From an uncultured Clostridia bacterium (GTDB taxonomy: Bacteria; Bacillota; Clostridia; Christensenellales; Borkfalkiaceae), in the NCBI GenBank assembly GCA_947625605.1, contig CANQOY010000005.1, positions 3,206 to 67,205 on the forward strand: DNA of 64,000 bases, read 5' to 3'. Under the pieces are notes generated by a model. The model made no database searches, was not told the origin of the DNA, and saw nothing but the letters and a program-made list of their open reading frames with translations. Each line of letters opens with the position of its first letter. The stretch's first letter is position 1. The position numbers were made by a program, and so were the translations under genes. Of this stretch, positions 38,349 to 46,430 are shown piece by piece.

Positions 38349-39725
38349 ATGACGACGAATGCGGTCACGATGGAAAAGCTCGTTGCGCTCTGCAAGGCGC
38401 GCGGCATTATCTTTCCCGGAAGCGAGATCTACGGCGGCATGGGCAACACGTGGGACTACGGGCCCGTCGGCGTGGAGATCAAGAACAATATCAAGCGCGC
38501 ATGGTGGAAGCGCTTCGTCACCGAGAGCGAAAACTCCTACGGCGTAGACGCGGCCATCCTCATGAATTCGCGCGTGTGGGAGGCGAGCGGGCACACGACC
38601 TCGTTCTCCGACCCGAAGATGGACTGCAAGTCCTGCAAGACGCGCCACCGCGCAGACAATCTCATCGAAAATTTCAGCAAGGGGACGGTGGATCCCGATA
38701 CCATGTCCAACGATGAGATGGAAAAATACATCGAAGAGCACCATGTGAAGTGCCCCGTCTGCGGGAACTTCAACTGGACGAATATCCGCACGTTCAACCT
38801 CATGTTCGAGACGTCGCGCGGGGTCACGGACGAGAGCCAGAACAAGATCTACCTCCGCCCCGAGACGGCGCAGGGCGAGTTCGTCAACTTCCTCAACGTG
38901 CAGAGAACGACGCGCGCCAAGGTGCCTTTCGGCATCGCGCAGATCGGCAAGGCCTTCCGCAACGAGATCACGCCCGGGAACTTCATCTTCCGCACCATCG
39001 AGTTCGAGCAGATGGAGCACCAATGGTTCTGCAAGGCGGGCACGGATGAGGATTACTATCGCCAATTCAAGCAGAAGGCGCTCACGTTCCTGCTCGACCT
39101 CGGCTTCAAGGAGGAGCACCTGCGCTTCCATGACCACGAGAAGCTCGCCCACTACGCCAAAGAGGCGTGCGATATCCAATACCTCTACCCCATGGGCTGG
39201 CAGGAGCTCAACGGCATCCACAACCGCACGGATTACGACCTCACGCGCCATCAGGAATACTCGGGCAAGACGCTCACCTATGTGGACCCCGTAAACAGCG
39301 AACGGTTCATCCCCTATGTCATCGAATACTCCATCGGCGCAGACCGCCTCATGCTGGCGGTGCTCTCGGAGGCGTACGAAGAGGAGGAGCTCGAAGGCGG
39401 CGACGTGCGTAACGTCATGCACTTCCACCCCGCGCTCGCGGCGTACAAGGCGGCCGTGCTGCCCCTGCAAAAGAACCTCGCCCCGCACGCAAGGGAGCTG
39501 CTCGCCAAGCTCAAAAAGCACTTCTCCGTCTCTTACGACGAAGCGGGCTCCATCGGCAAGCGGTACAGAAGGCAGGACGAGATCGGGACGCCGTTCTGCG
39601 TGACGGTGGACTTCGATACGCTTGAAAACGGCACGGTGACGGTGCGCGATCGCGATACCATGTCCCAGATCCGCCTCTCGGAAAACGAACTCATCGACTT
39701 CCTTCGGGAGAAGTGCGCCTTCTGA
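38349..39725 (+). CDS. glyQS: glycine--tRNA ligase (alpha2 GlyQS type)
   Basis: GSEIYGGMGNTWDYGPVGVEIKNNIK N-terminus, 458 aa. Promoter TTGACG-17-TATAAT at 38294-38322. Confidence 0.95.
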   Translation: MTTNAVTMEKLVALCKARGIIFPGSEIYGGMGNTWDYGPVGVEIKNNIKRAWWKRFVTESENSYGVDAAILMNSRVWEASGHTTSFSDPKMDCKSCKTRHRADNLIENFSKGTVDPDTMSNDEMEKYIEEHHVKCPVCGNFNWTNIRTFNLMFETSRGVTDESQNKIYLRPETAQGEFVNFLNVQRTTRAKVPFGIAQIGKAFRNEITPGNFIFRTIEFEQMEHQWFCKAGTDEDYYRQFKQKALTFLLDLGFKEEHLRFHDHEKLAHYAKEACDIQYLYPMGWQELNGIHNRTDYDLTRHQEYSGKTLTYVDPVNSERFIPYVIEYSIGADRLMLAVLSEAYEEEELEGGDVRNVMHFHPALAAYKAAVLPLQKNLAPHARELLAKLKKHFSVSYDEAGSIGKRYRRQDEIGTPFCVTVDFDTLENGTVTVRDRDTMSQIRLSENELIDFLREKCAF

Positions 39726-39746
39726 ATTTCCCCCAAATAAAAGGCC

Positions 39747-39774
39747 GCCGCCCGTGCTGAGAAGCACGGGCGGC
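39747..39774 (+). terminator. hairpin after glyQS
   Basis: GCCGCCCGTGCT-GAGA-AGCACGGGCGGC. Near-identical hairpin at 40238-40263. Confidence 0.6.
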
Positions 39775-39884
39775 TTGATTGTCTGAACGAAAACCACGGT
39801 CGTCGCGTGGTTCAAAAGAGGCTTTGCCGATGAACAGAAAAACAATAAAGATAAGTAGTGCAATGAGCGGGATGAATATTTCTT

Positions 39885-40219
39885 GGCGCCCCCTTTGAGG
39901 GAGGAGCGGTGCAATTCTGCTCAACAGTGCAGTGCACTGTGAGCTGCACCGCGACAGGAGGCGTGGCCTCGCCGACGGTGTTGCGGCGGTCCCTGCCGCC
40001 CAACCGGGTCGAGGCAAAGCCGAGACTGAGGGGGTGTCATTCCCACACCCCTTCCGTCACTCGCGTTGCTCGTGCCACCCACCCCTCAAGGGGTGGGCAA
40101 GGGGAGTCCGCGTCTCTCCGGTCGTTCCGCCCCGCTCGCTTTGTCTACGCTGTCATTCCGAGGGGCTTTGCCCCGAGAGATTCCCCTTAAACGAAGTCCG
40201 TCATCGACCAAGGGGATAC
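39885..40219. repeat. empty arm-pair repeat with 118-nt insert, followed by a TGTCATTCCG-type module
   Basis: Left arm 39885-39907, 118-nt insert, CTGAGGGGGTGTCATTCC 40026-40043, right arm 40044-40104, TGTCATTCCG...CCCCTTAAACGAAGTCCGTCATCGACCAAGGGGATAC 40151-40219. Confidence 0.8.
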
Positions 40220-40237
40220 TTGCCCGAAAATGGAATA

Positions 40238-40275
40238 CCGCCCGTGCGAAGAAGCACGGGCGGCGTGATTTTTTC
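40238..40275. terminator. hairpin + T-run at the 3' end of the isochorismatase-family gene
   Basis: CCGCCCGTGC-GAAGAA-GCACGGGCGG followed by GTGATTTTTT. Confidence 0.6.
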
Positions 40276-40289
40276 CGAAATTTCTATGC

Positions 40290-40961
40290 TCAGTTAATGC
40301 GGATCTTGTGGCGCTTTTTGGAGACGTTCAGAACGACGTACTCCGCTTCCGTGGGGAGCTCTTCCCCCTCGCCGCAGGCGGCGCAGTCCCCGCCGCAGCA
40401 GCCCGCGCATCTCTCAAATTGATCCAAGATCTCGGACACGGTATAGGCCTCCGCGCCGTAGACCTCTTTGAGATACTTGATCCCGTACAGATAATCCTCC
40501 TCGGTGAAGGAGTCCGTCGCGTCCGTTGCGACCACGACGTGATAGCCGAGCTGGAAGGCGTCGGCCGCCGTATGGCGCACGCACATGTGGGCGTGAAGGC
40601 CCGTCATGATCACCGTGTTGACGCCGAGCTCGCGCAGCAAGAGGTCGAGATCGGTGTGGAAGAACCCGCTGTATCTGCGCTTCGGCACGACGTAATCCTT
40701 TTCGCACAGCCCGAGTTCGGGAATGACTTCCGCGCCGTGCGTGCCCGCGATGGCGTGCTCGCCCCAGACTTCGAACTCGCGGTCGATCCCTTTGAGATGG
40801 GCGTCGTTGCAGAAGATGACGGGCACCCCCGCCTTGCGCGCGCCGTCGAGAAGTTCCGCCGTTTTGGGAACGATGGCGAGGCCTCTGTCGCACTTCAAGG
40901 CGCCCGTAACAAAGTCGTTGAGCATATCCACGACGAGGATCGCCGCATGATTGGTTTCCAT
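40290..40961 (-). CDS. isochorismatase-family cysteine hydrolase (nicotinamidase-like) with Cys-rich C-terminal extension
   Basis: AILVVDMLNDF, KRRYSGF and TGLHAHMCVRHTA (catalytic Cys) motifs. Extra tail CAGCCGGDCAACGEGEE. SD GGAGGG. Confidence 0.8.
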   Translation of the reverse strand: METNHAAILVVDMLNDFVTGALKCDRGLAIVPKTAELLDGARKAGVPVIFCNDAHLKGIDREFEVWGEHAIAGTHGAEVIPELGLCEKDYVVPKRRYSGFFHTDLDLLLRELGVNTVIMTGLHAHMCVRHTAADAFQLGYHVVVATDATDSFTEEDYLYGIKYLKEVYGAEAYTVSEILDQFERCAGCCGGDCAACGEGEELPTEAEYVVLNVSKKRHKIRIN

Positions 40962-41055
40962 AATCTACCCTCCGGATTTTTTTCTTTATTTTACGTCAAC
41001 CGCGGCGGAAAGTCAAGGGGATCGCCCCTCTTCCCCGCACGCACGGCCGCGTTTT

Positions 41056-41982
41056 TTACTCCATTTCGTGCAGCTTCACGAGGAGAAACTGCTCAAAGTA
41101 CGGCATCCACCAATTCCGATAGCCCGCGCGTTTGGGATGGATGGCGTCGCTCCTGCACCATGTGTAGTACTCGTCCGTGACGGCGGCGTTAAAGCTCTCG
41201 TCATGGAAGAGGTCGATGACGTCCACGGGATAGGAAAGCGCCTGCCACTTCTCGCAGACGGCGAGCACTTCGTCCACGAGGGCCGCATAGTTGGTGCCGG
41301 ACGGATTGCCGTTTGCCCGCACGCCCGTGCCCGTGTCCCCGAACCATGCCCCCGAATAGAAGTAGACGGGGATGTGCCACGTCTCCCAGACGTAGGCGAT
41401 GATGTATTCCACGCCGCCGAGCGTCGTCTTGCGGTCGAAATCGTTGAGATAGTTGTGATCCCAGCCCGCGTCCGAGATGGCGCCCCTGTATTGCAGGCGG
41501 TTGGCGACGGCATCGTTTGTGGAGATCTGGCAGATGAAGAAGTCGGGCTGCTCGTCCTTGCTGAACACCGTGCTGTTGACCAGACGGCGCGTGTAGGAGC
41601 GCGCCCCGCTGTCCCCGTTTCCGCCGTCGTCGAAGATGGTCGTGCCCGACACGGCCTCCTTCTTGCAGATGCAGCCCGTCTTGGCGGCGAGAAAGTCCGC
41701 CATGCTCTCCTGCATGGAGGCGGAGCCGTAGGTGACGGAGGAGCCGAGCCAATAGATGAGCTTCCCTTCGAGGGGATGGCCCTCCACGCGCTCGTAGGAG
41801 GCTGCGGAGAACTGCGCGCCGTTGGGGTCCGCGCCGTCCGCAAAGTCAGACGCCGAGACGGTATATTCCACCTCGGGCGGCGTATAGGGGGGCTCGTCGG
41901 GTTTTTGGGCGCAGGCGGAGAGCCCGACTGCGGCGATGGCGGCAACCGTGCCGAAGAGTGCAAGGCGCATCAGATCTTTCAT
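41056..41982 (-). CDS. SGNH/GDSL-like hydrolase lipoprotein
   Basis: Signal peptide plus lipobox GLSAC. GSSVTYG block near the N-terminus and DAIHP near the C-terminus. Strong SD. Confidence 0.65.
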   Translation of the reverse strand: MKDLMRLALFGTVAAIAAVGLSACAQKPDEPPYTPPEVEYTVSASDFADGADPNGAQFSAASYERVEGHPLEGKLIYWLGSSVTYGSASMQESMADFLAAKTGCICKKEAVSGTTIFDDGGNGDSGARSYTRRLVNSTVFSKDEQPDFFICQISTNDAVANRLQYRGAISDAGWDHNYLNDFDRKTTLGGVEYIIAYVWETWHIPVYFYSGAWFGDTGTGVRANGNPSGTNYAALVDEVLAVCEKWQALSYPVDVIDLFHDESFNAAVTDEYYTWCRSDAIHPKRAGYRNWWMPYFEQFLLVKLHEME

Positions 41983-42087
41983 AGTCCTCTTTCTCCCTCT
42001 TGTTTGGTCTTATTATACGGCGCCCCGCGCGCGTTGTCAAGCGCGGAGAAAAAAATAAAACGGGCGTTTTGCCCGTTTTATCCGATG

Positions 42088-42846
42088 TCAGAGAATTGCC
42101 GCTTCGGAGAAGCCCAGCCAACCGGTGAGGACGTTCCATCCGCCGAAGGCAAAGAGCCAGATGCAGCAGGCAACGTAGGCCAGGAGAACGATGATGCCGA
42201 TGACGAGGCCCGCAATGGCGGCGCCACGGCGGCTGTCTCTCCTCAAACCGACGATGCTGACGATGATGCCCGCAATCGAGAGGGGCGGGAGCAGGATGGA
42301 GAGCAGGGAGAGGACGAGGCCGACGATCCCGTAGCGGACGCCGACGAGCGTCTCATACACCACAGGATCCTTGATCTCGGGCTCGGGACGCTTGCGCGCC
42401 GCGATGGCCTTCGGAGTCTCCTCGGGCACTTCGACGGGCCGACCGTCGGGGCCGATGGGCGGGAGCACGATGGGCGCTCCGGGGATCAAGGGCGTGCCCC
42501 ACGGCGTGAGCGGGATCTTGTTATCCTGCTTCTCGCCGCAGAACGGGCAGAATTTTTCGTCGCTGTAAATCTTCTCGCCGCACTTCTTGCAGGTCACCTT
42601 GACGGGCGCGCCGCAATTCGGGCAGTACTGTTCGTCGCGATAGATTTTGGTATGGCACTTCGTGCACTTTCTGTACAGGGTCTCTCCGCAGTGGGGACAG
42701 AACTCCTGATCCTTCGCCACGATCTCTCCGCAATAGCGGCAGGTGTTCAATGCCGGCCTTCTGTTGAGGACCTCGCCGGTGTAGGGATCGAACTTTGCGC
42801 CCTCGGGGATCTCTCTTTCGCCTTCGTTGATTCTATTTCTTGCCAT
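42088..42846 (-). CDS. multi-zinc-ribbon membrane protein
   Basis: Four CxxC...CxxC zinc-ribbon units (CRYCG..CPHCG, CTKCH..CPNCG, CKKCG..CPFCG), then a Pro-rich linker and 2-3 TM segments. SD GGAGGAA. Confidence 0.7.
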   Translation of the reverse strand: MARNRINEGEREIPEGAKFDPYTGEVLNRRPALNTCRYCGEIVAKDQEFCPHCGETLYRKCTKCHTKIYRDEQYCPNCGAPVKVTCKKCGEKIYSDEKFCPFCGEKQDNKIPLTPWGTPLIPGAPIVLPPIGPDGRPVEVPEETPKAIAARKRPEPEIKDPVVYETLVGVRYGIVGLVLSLLSILLPPLSIAGIIVSIVGLRRDSRRGAAIAGLVIGIIVLLAYVACCIWLFAFGGWNVLTGWLGFSEAAIL

Positions 42847-42998
42847 GGTTTTCCTCCGCTTACGGATACGATACTCTTCCGTATTATATTAAGCAATAAT
42901 AGAATACTACATGTTTCCGAACTTGTCAACCATATTTTCAAAAATTATATGAAAATAAATATATTTTTTGGGCATACACACCCGCCGCGGCGACGGTT

Positions 42999-43688
42999 TC
43001 AGGGCTGTGTGGCGCCTCCCGGGGGCATGGCATAGAGGTTGAATTCTCCGTCGAGATCGAAATTTTCGCTCTCGTCGAAGGCGGCAAGTTTGGAAATAGA
43101 GACCTCGTATGCGGTCATGGTTACCGCTTCCGTCTCCGAGAGGCGCTTTGTATACTCGCGGCTCTGGATCCTGCCCGAGAGGGCGACGCGGTCCCCCACT
43201 TTGAGATTTTGCACGAAGCGGGCGTTCCTGCCCCACGCGATGCAGGGGATGTAATCCGACTTGTTGTACGCGCGGTTGACGGCGAGGAGCAGGTCGGCGA
43301 TCTCGCGGTTGAAGGGCGTCGTGCGGTAGACGGGCGGCTTGCAGATATACCCCGAGAGCACGATGCCGTTGGGGTTTTTGCCCTCCCCGGGCTCTACGAG
43401 TTCGCGCACGAACACGGTGAGCATGAGGCGGGACTTGCCCCCTTCGAGCTTGTTGTAACTGCGGAACTGCCCCACCGCGGAGAGCATGCTCCCTTCCTTT
43501 AAGTCGTTCCCGCGGATGAGCCGTTCGGAGATGGTGACGGGCAGGATATCCGCCTGCCCCGAGAGCCGCATGACCTTGACGAAGAACTCATAGAATCCCT
43601 CACCGTACACTTCGTGTGAAAAAACCGCTTCGGACACGATCTCGCCGTAAATATAGACCTTGTTGTTCCTTTCCGCGCTGTATTCCAT
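42999..43688 (-). CDS. SSB-like protein with two tandem OB-fold halves
   Basis: NKVYIYGEIVSEAVFSHEVYGEGFY...LPVTISERL (first half) and GIVLSGYICKPPVYRTTPFNREIADLLLAVNR...IPCIAWGRNA (second half) resemble clostridial SSB-family proteins. ATG 43688 with GGAGG. Confidence 0.6.
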   Translation of the reverse strand: MEYSAERNNKVYIYGEIVSEAVFSHEVYGEGFYEFFVKVMRLSGQADILPVTISERLIRGNDLKEGSMLSAVGQFRSYNKLEGGKSRLMLTVFVRELVEPGEGKNPNGIVLSGYICKPPVYRTTPFNREIADLLLAVNRAYNKSDYIPCIAWGRNARFVQNLKVGDRVALSGRIQSREYTKRLSETEAVTMTAYEVSISKLAAFDESENFDLDGEFNLYAMPPGGATQP

Positions 43689-43730
43689 ATTATAAAGTAC
43701 CTCCACGTATTTCCGTATGAATGTGCGATC

Positions 43731-44501
43731 CTACGCCGTGCCCTTGGGGATCTGTCTCCCCGTCACGTCGATGGTGTAGTTCTCGCGGTAGATGAGTTCC
43801 CCGATGGGAACAAATTCGAAGCCGTTCGCGCGCAGGGTGGCGATCACGATGGGAAGCGCCTCCGCCGTGTGCAGGCCGTTGTTGTGCATGAGGATGATCG
43901 ACCCGCTCCTTACGCGCTCCACGATGCGGGCGGCGATATCGGACGCGGAGAGGTTCTTCCAGTCGAGGGAGTCCACGTCCCACTGGATGGGATAGTACCC
44001 CATGGCGCCCGCCGTGTCGATGAGCAGGTCATCGTAGTCGCCGTAGGGCGGACGGAAGAGCTCCACGGGCTTGCCCGTGACGGCGGTGATGGCGGCGGAG
44101 GAAGTTTCGAGTTCGCTCTCGATCTCGGGCCCCGAGAGGCGGGACATGTACGAGTGCGTGGCGCTGTGCGTGCCGACTTCGTGACCCATGTCCGAGATCT
44201 TTTTGAGATATTCCGGGTACTTCTCCGCCCAGAACTGCACGGTGAAGAAGGTCACGCGCACCTTTTCCGCTTGGAGACATTCGAGGATGGCGTCCGTGTG
44301 ATCCACGCCCCACGCGCAGTCGAACGAGAGCGCCACCTTGTTGTCATCCCGCTCTACGCTGTAAATGGGGAGGGAGCGCGAGCCGCTCCAATAGACCTCC
44401 GCGGCCCCCGCCGCATGCGCGGTGAGGGCGGACGCGCCGAGAAGGAGGGCGAGCCCCGCCGCGAGCGCAACCGATTTGAGCCGAATGGTGAGAAATCGCA
44501 T
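43731..44501 (-). CDS. polysaccharide deacetylase (NodB family, PdaA/PdaB-like), secreted
   Basis: Signal peptide. NodB-type motifs SFDCAWG, GTHSATHSY, RPPYG, LMHN. Confidence 0.85.
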   Translation of the reverse strand: MRFLTIRLKSVALAAGLALLLGASALTAHAAGAAEVYWSGSRSLPIYSVERDDNKVALSFDCAWGVDHTDAILECLQAEKVRVTFFTVQFWAEKYPEYLKKISDMGHEVGTHSATHSYMSRLSGPEIESELETSSAAITAVTGKPVELFRPPYGDYDDLLIDTAGAMGYYPIQWDVDSLDWKNLSASDIAARIVERVRSGSIILMHNNGLHTAEALPIVIATLRANGFEFVPIGELIYRENYTIDVTGRQIPKGTA

Positions 44502-44666
44502 TCAATACCTGTATCCTATCATTTTTTCGCGCGCGAGGAAGCAAACTTTTTGTCGGGTTTGGGGTTTTTGTGTAGAAAATCTTCCGTCCCGCGCTACCAT
44601 ACTCTATTCGGCGCAGAGGGGAAATATGAATAAAAAGCCTCCCAAACGGGAGGCAAAAATTTTTGT

Positions 44667-45407
44667 TTACGGTGCGGGCGGCAGCCCGAAAGGATGCTTG
44701 TTTTCCACGCTCGTGAACGTAAACGCATATACCGTGTCCGCACCCGCACGCTTCAAAGCGTCTGCGAGCTCGGAGACCGTCGCGCCCGTGGTGAGCGTGT
44801 CGTCCACGATGAGGATGCGCTTTCCCTTGACTTCCTTGCGCGCGGTGATGTGGAAACATCGTTCGAGATTCTTCTCCCGTTCGAGGCGGCCGAGGAACTT
44901 CTGCGCGGCCGTCTCCCGCTGTTTGATTGCGCAGTCGAGAAACTGCTTTCCGCTGCGCCGCGCGAGCTCCTCCGCGAGCAGGCGGGATTGGTTATACCCG
45001 CGCTTTTTCTCCGCCTTGGGCGTCATGGGGACAAACGTGACCGCCTCGGCCTCGGCGAACTCTCTCTGCAAAATCGGCACCGACAACGCGGACATGGTAC
45101 GGTACAAATACCTCGCGCCCCGCTTGAACCGCACGACGAGCCGCGCCGCTTCCCCCTCGTGGACAAACGCCGAGCGGGCCTTTTCGACGCCGAGGGGCTT
45201 CTGCTTGCATTCAAGGCATGTGCCGGGTTCCTTGACCCGCCGCCCGCAGAAAGGGCAGACCGTGCCGTCGTTCCACGGGAGGCGCCGCATGCAGGGCGCG
45301 CAGACGCGCTCGCCCGCAAAGACCTCGCGGCCGCACACGTCGCAGGTGAAGTTGTGCGCGTCGTCGTAGCGATCGAGGATCCCGCGCAAAAAGGCAAGCC
45401 CTTTCAT
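44667..45407 (-). CDS. comFC: ComF-family phosphoribosyltransferase-like protein
   Basis: N-terminal double CxxC zinc fingers and PRT motif ILIVDDTLTTGAT. Confidence 0.85.
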   Translation of the reverse strand: MKGLAFLRGILDRYDDAHNFTCDVCGREVFAGERVCAPCMRRLPWNDGTVCPFCGRRVKEPGTCLECKQKPLGVEKARSAFVHEGEAARLVVRFKRGARYLYRTMSALSVPILQREFAEAEAVTFVPMTPKAEKKRGYNQSRLLAEELARRSGKQFLDCAIKQRETAAQKFLGRLEREKNLERCFHITARKEVKGKRILIVDDTLTTGATVSELADALKRAGADTVYAFTFTSVENKHPFGLPPAP

Positions 45408-45447
45408 CTCTCCTCCGCAGGGCGGACGGCTTCGGCCGTCTCCGAAA

Positions 45448-45470
45448 AAACCGCGGAAAACCGCGGTTTT
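45448..45470 (-). terminator. terminator after the acidic zinc-ribbon gene
   Basis: The minus strand reads AAACCGCGG-TTTT-CCGCGGTTT followed by T's. Confidence 0.65.
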
Positions 45471-45480
45471 GCTTTACGGA

Positions 45481-45969
45481 TCAGAAATCCTCTCCGTCGT
45501 CGTCATCCTCGTCATCGTCGTCGCCCGCGAGGGTGTAGATCTCGTCCCCCGTGACGTAGTCGAGGTCCTCCTCCTCTTCGGGTTCGAATTCCTCCTCGGG
45601 TTCCTCCTCGGGCTCGTCGAACTCTTCATCGAAGGCCTCGTCGATCTCCCCGATCTGGGAGTCGAGATCGGCGTCCGTATCGTCGTCGAGATACTCCCGC
45701 CACTCGTCATCATCCTCCTCGGGGACGGGTTCCTCGGCGTAATCCATCTTTCTCTTGCATTCCTCGCACATCGCTTCGCCGGGGCGCATCATGTTTTCGC
45801 CGCAGACGGGGCAGAGCTCGGTCGCAAGCTCGGCTTCGTCCTCTTCGTCGATCTCATCCATATCGCTGGGGATCCCCTTCATCTCTTTGAGGCAGACGTC
45901 GCAGTACTTCTGCTTCTCGGCGTCGATGTAATTGAGCTCGCAGCGCGGGCACTTGATATAGCGTACCAT
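45481..45969 (-). CDS. small zinc-ribbon protein with extremely acidic C-terminal tail
   Basis: CPRC..CDVC and CPVC..CEEC pairs, then about 90 aa dominated by D/E. ATG with SD GGAGGAAAA. Terminator at 45448-45470. Confidence 0.6.
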   Translation of the reverse strand: MVRYIKCPRCELNYIDAEKQKYCDVCLKEMKGIPSDMDEIDEEDEAELATELCPVCGENMMRPGEAMCEECKRKMDYAEEPVPEEDDDEWREYLDDDTDADLDSQIGEIDEAFDEEFDEPEEEPEEEFEPEEEEDLDYVTGDEIYTLAGDDDDEDDDDGEDF

Positions 45970-46140
45970 TTTTTCCTCCGAAACGCCCTTGTGGTAGGCT
46001 AATAAATTATATTTGTATTTATTTTTTTTGTAAACTGTTTTTTTATGCGTTTCGCAAAAAACTTTCGGAAATGTAAAAAAATTTTGCCCCGCGGGGCATG
46101 TGGTATTTCATTTTCGGGTATAGCCCTCCTTGGCTGCCCC

Positions 46141-46368
46141 TGTCATACCGAGTCTGCGTAGCAGACGAGTGTATCCCCTTGGTCGATGAACGGACTTCGT
46201 TTAAGGGGATTCTCTCCTCCCTCGCAAGCTCGGTCGTACTTTGCCCTTGCGGGCTCGTGCCGCCCTTCGACAACGAAAAGAACGTGCGGGCGGGGCGGAA
46301 TGACAGCGTGAGAAAAAGTGGGCGGGGCGGAATGACAGCGTAGACAGGGCAGGTCAAGGGGCGCCAAG
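46141..46368. repeat. full-length TGTCATACCG...CGGAATGACA unit plus partial copies
   Basis: The 46141-46305 unit has inverted termini. A partial duplicate ends at 46337. The reverse-oriented GGCGCCCCTTGACC motif ends at 46368. Confidence 0.8.
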
Positions 46369-46395
46369 AAAACGTGGCTTTCGTTTAGACAAAAC

Positions 46396-46422
46396 GCTCC
46401 CCCCGCGGGAAGCGGGGGGAGC
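46396..46422 (-). terminator. terminator after the lipoprotein gene
   Basis: GCTCCCCCCGC-loop-GCGGGGGGAGC. The minus strand is followed by GTTTTGTC. Confidence 0.7.
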
Positions 46423-46430
46423 GGAATGGA

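Noticed and set aside
46098-46343. Small ORFs lying over the repeat elements. Others are 12359..12625, 39909..40190, 40066..40422, 61552..61752 and 95..310.
   Set aside because: The copies differ by indels that break the frames. Homologous repeat copies occur in both orientations. There are no SDs. The peptide similarity (for example PLVDERTSFKG / PLNEVRSSTKG) is a by-product of DNA repeat conservation.
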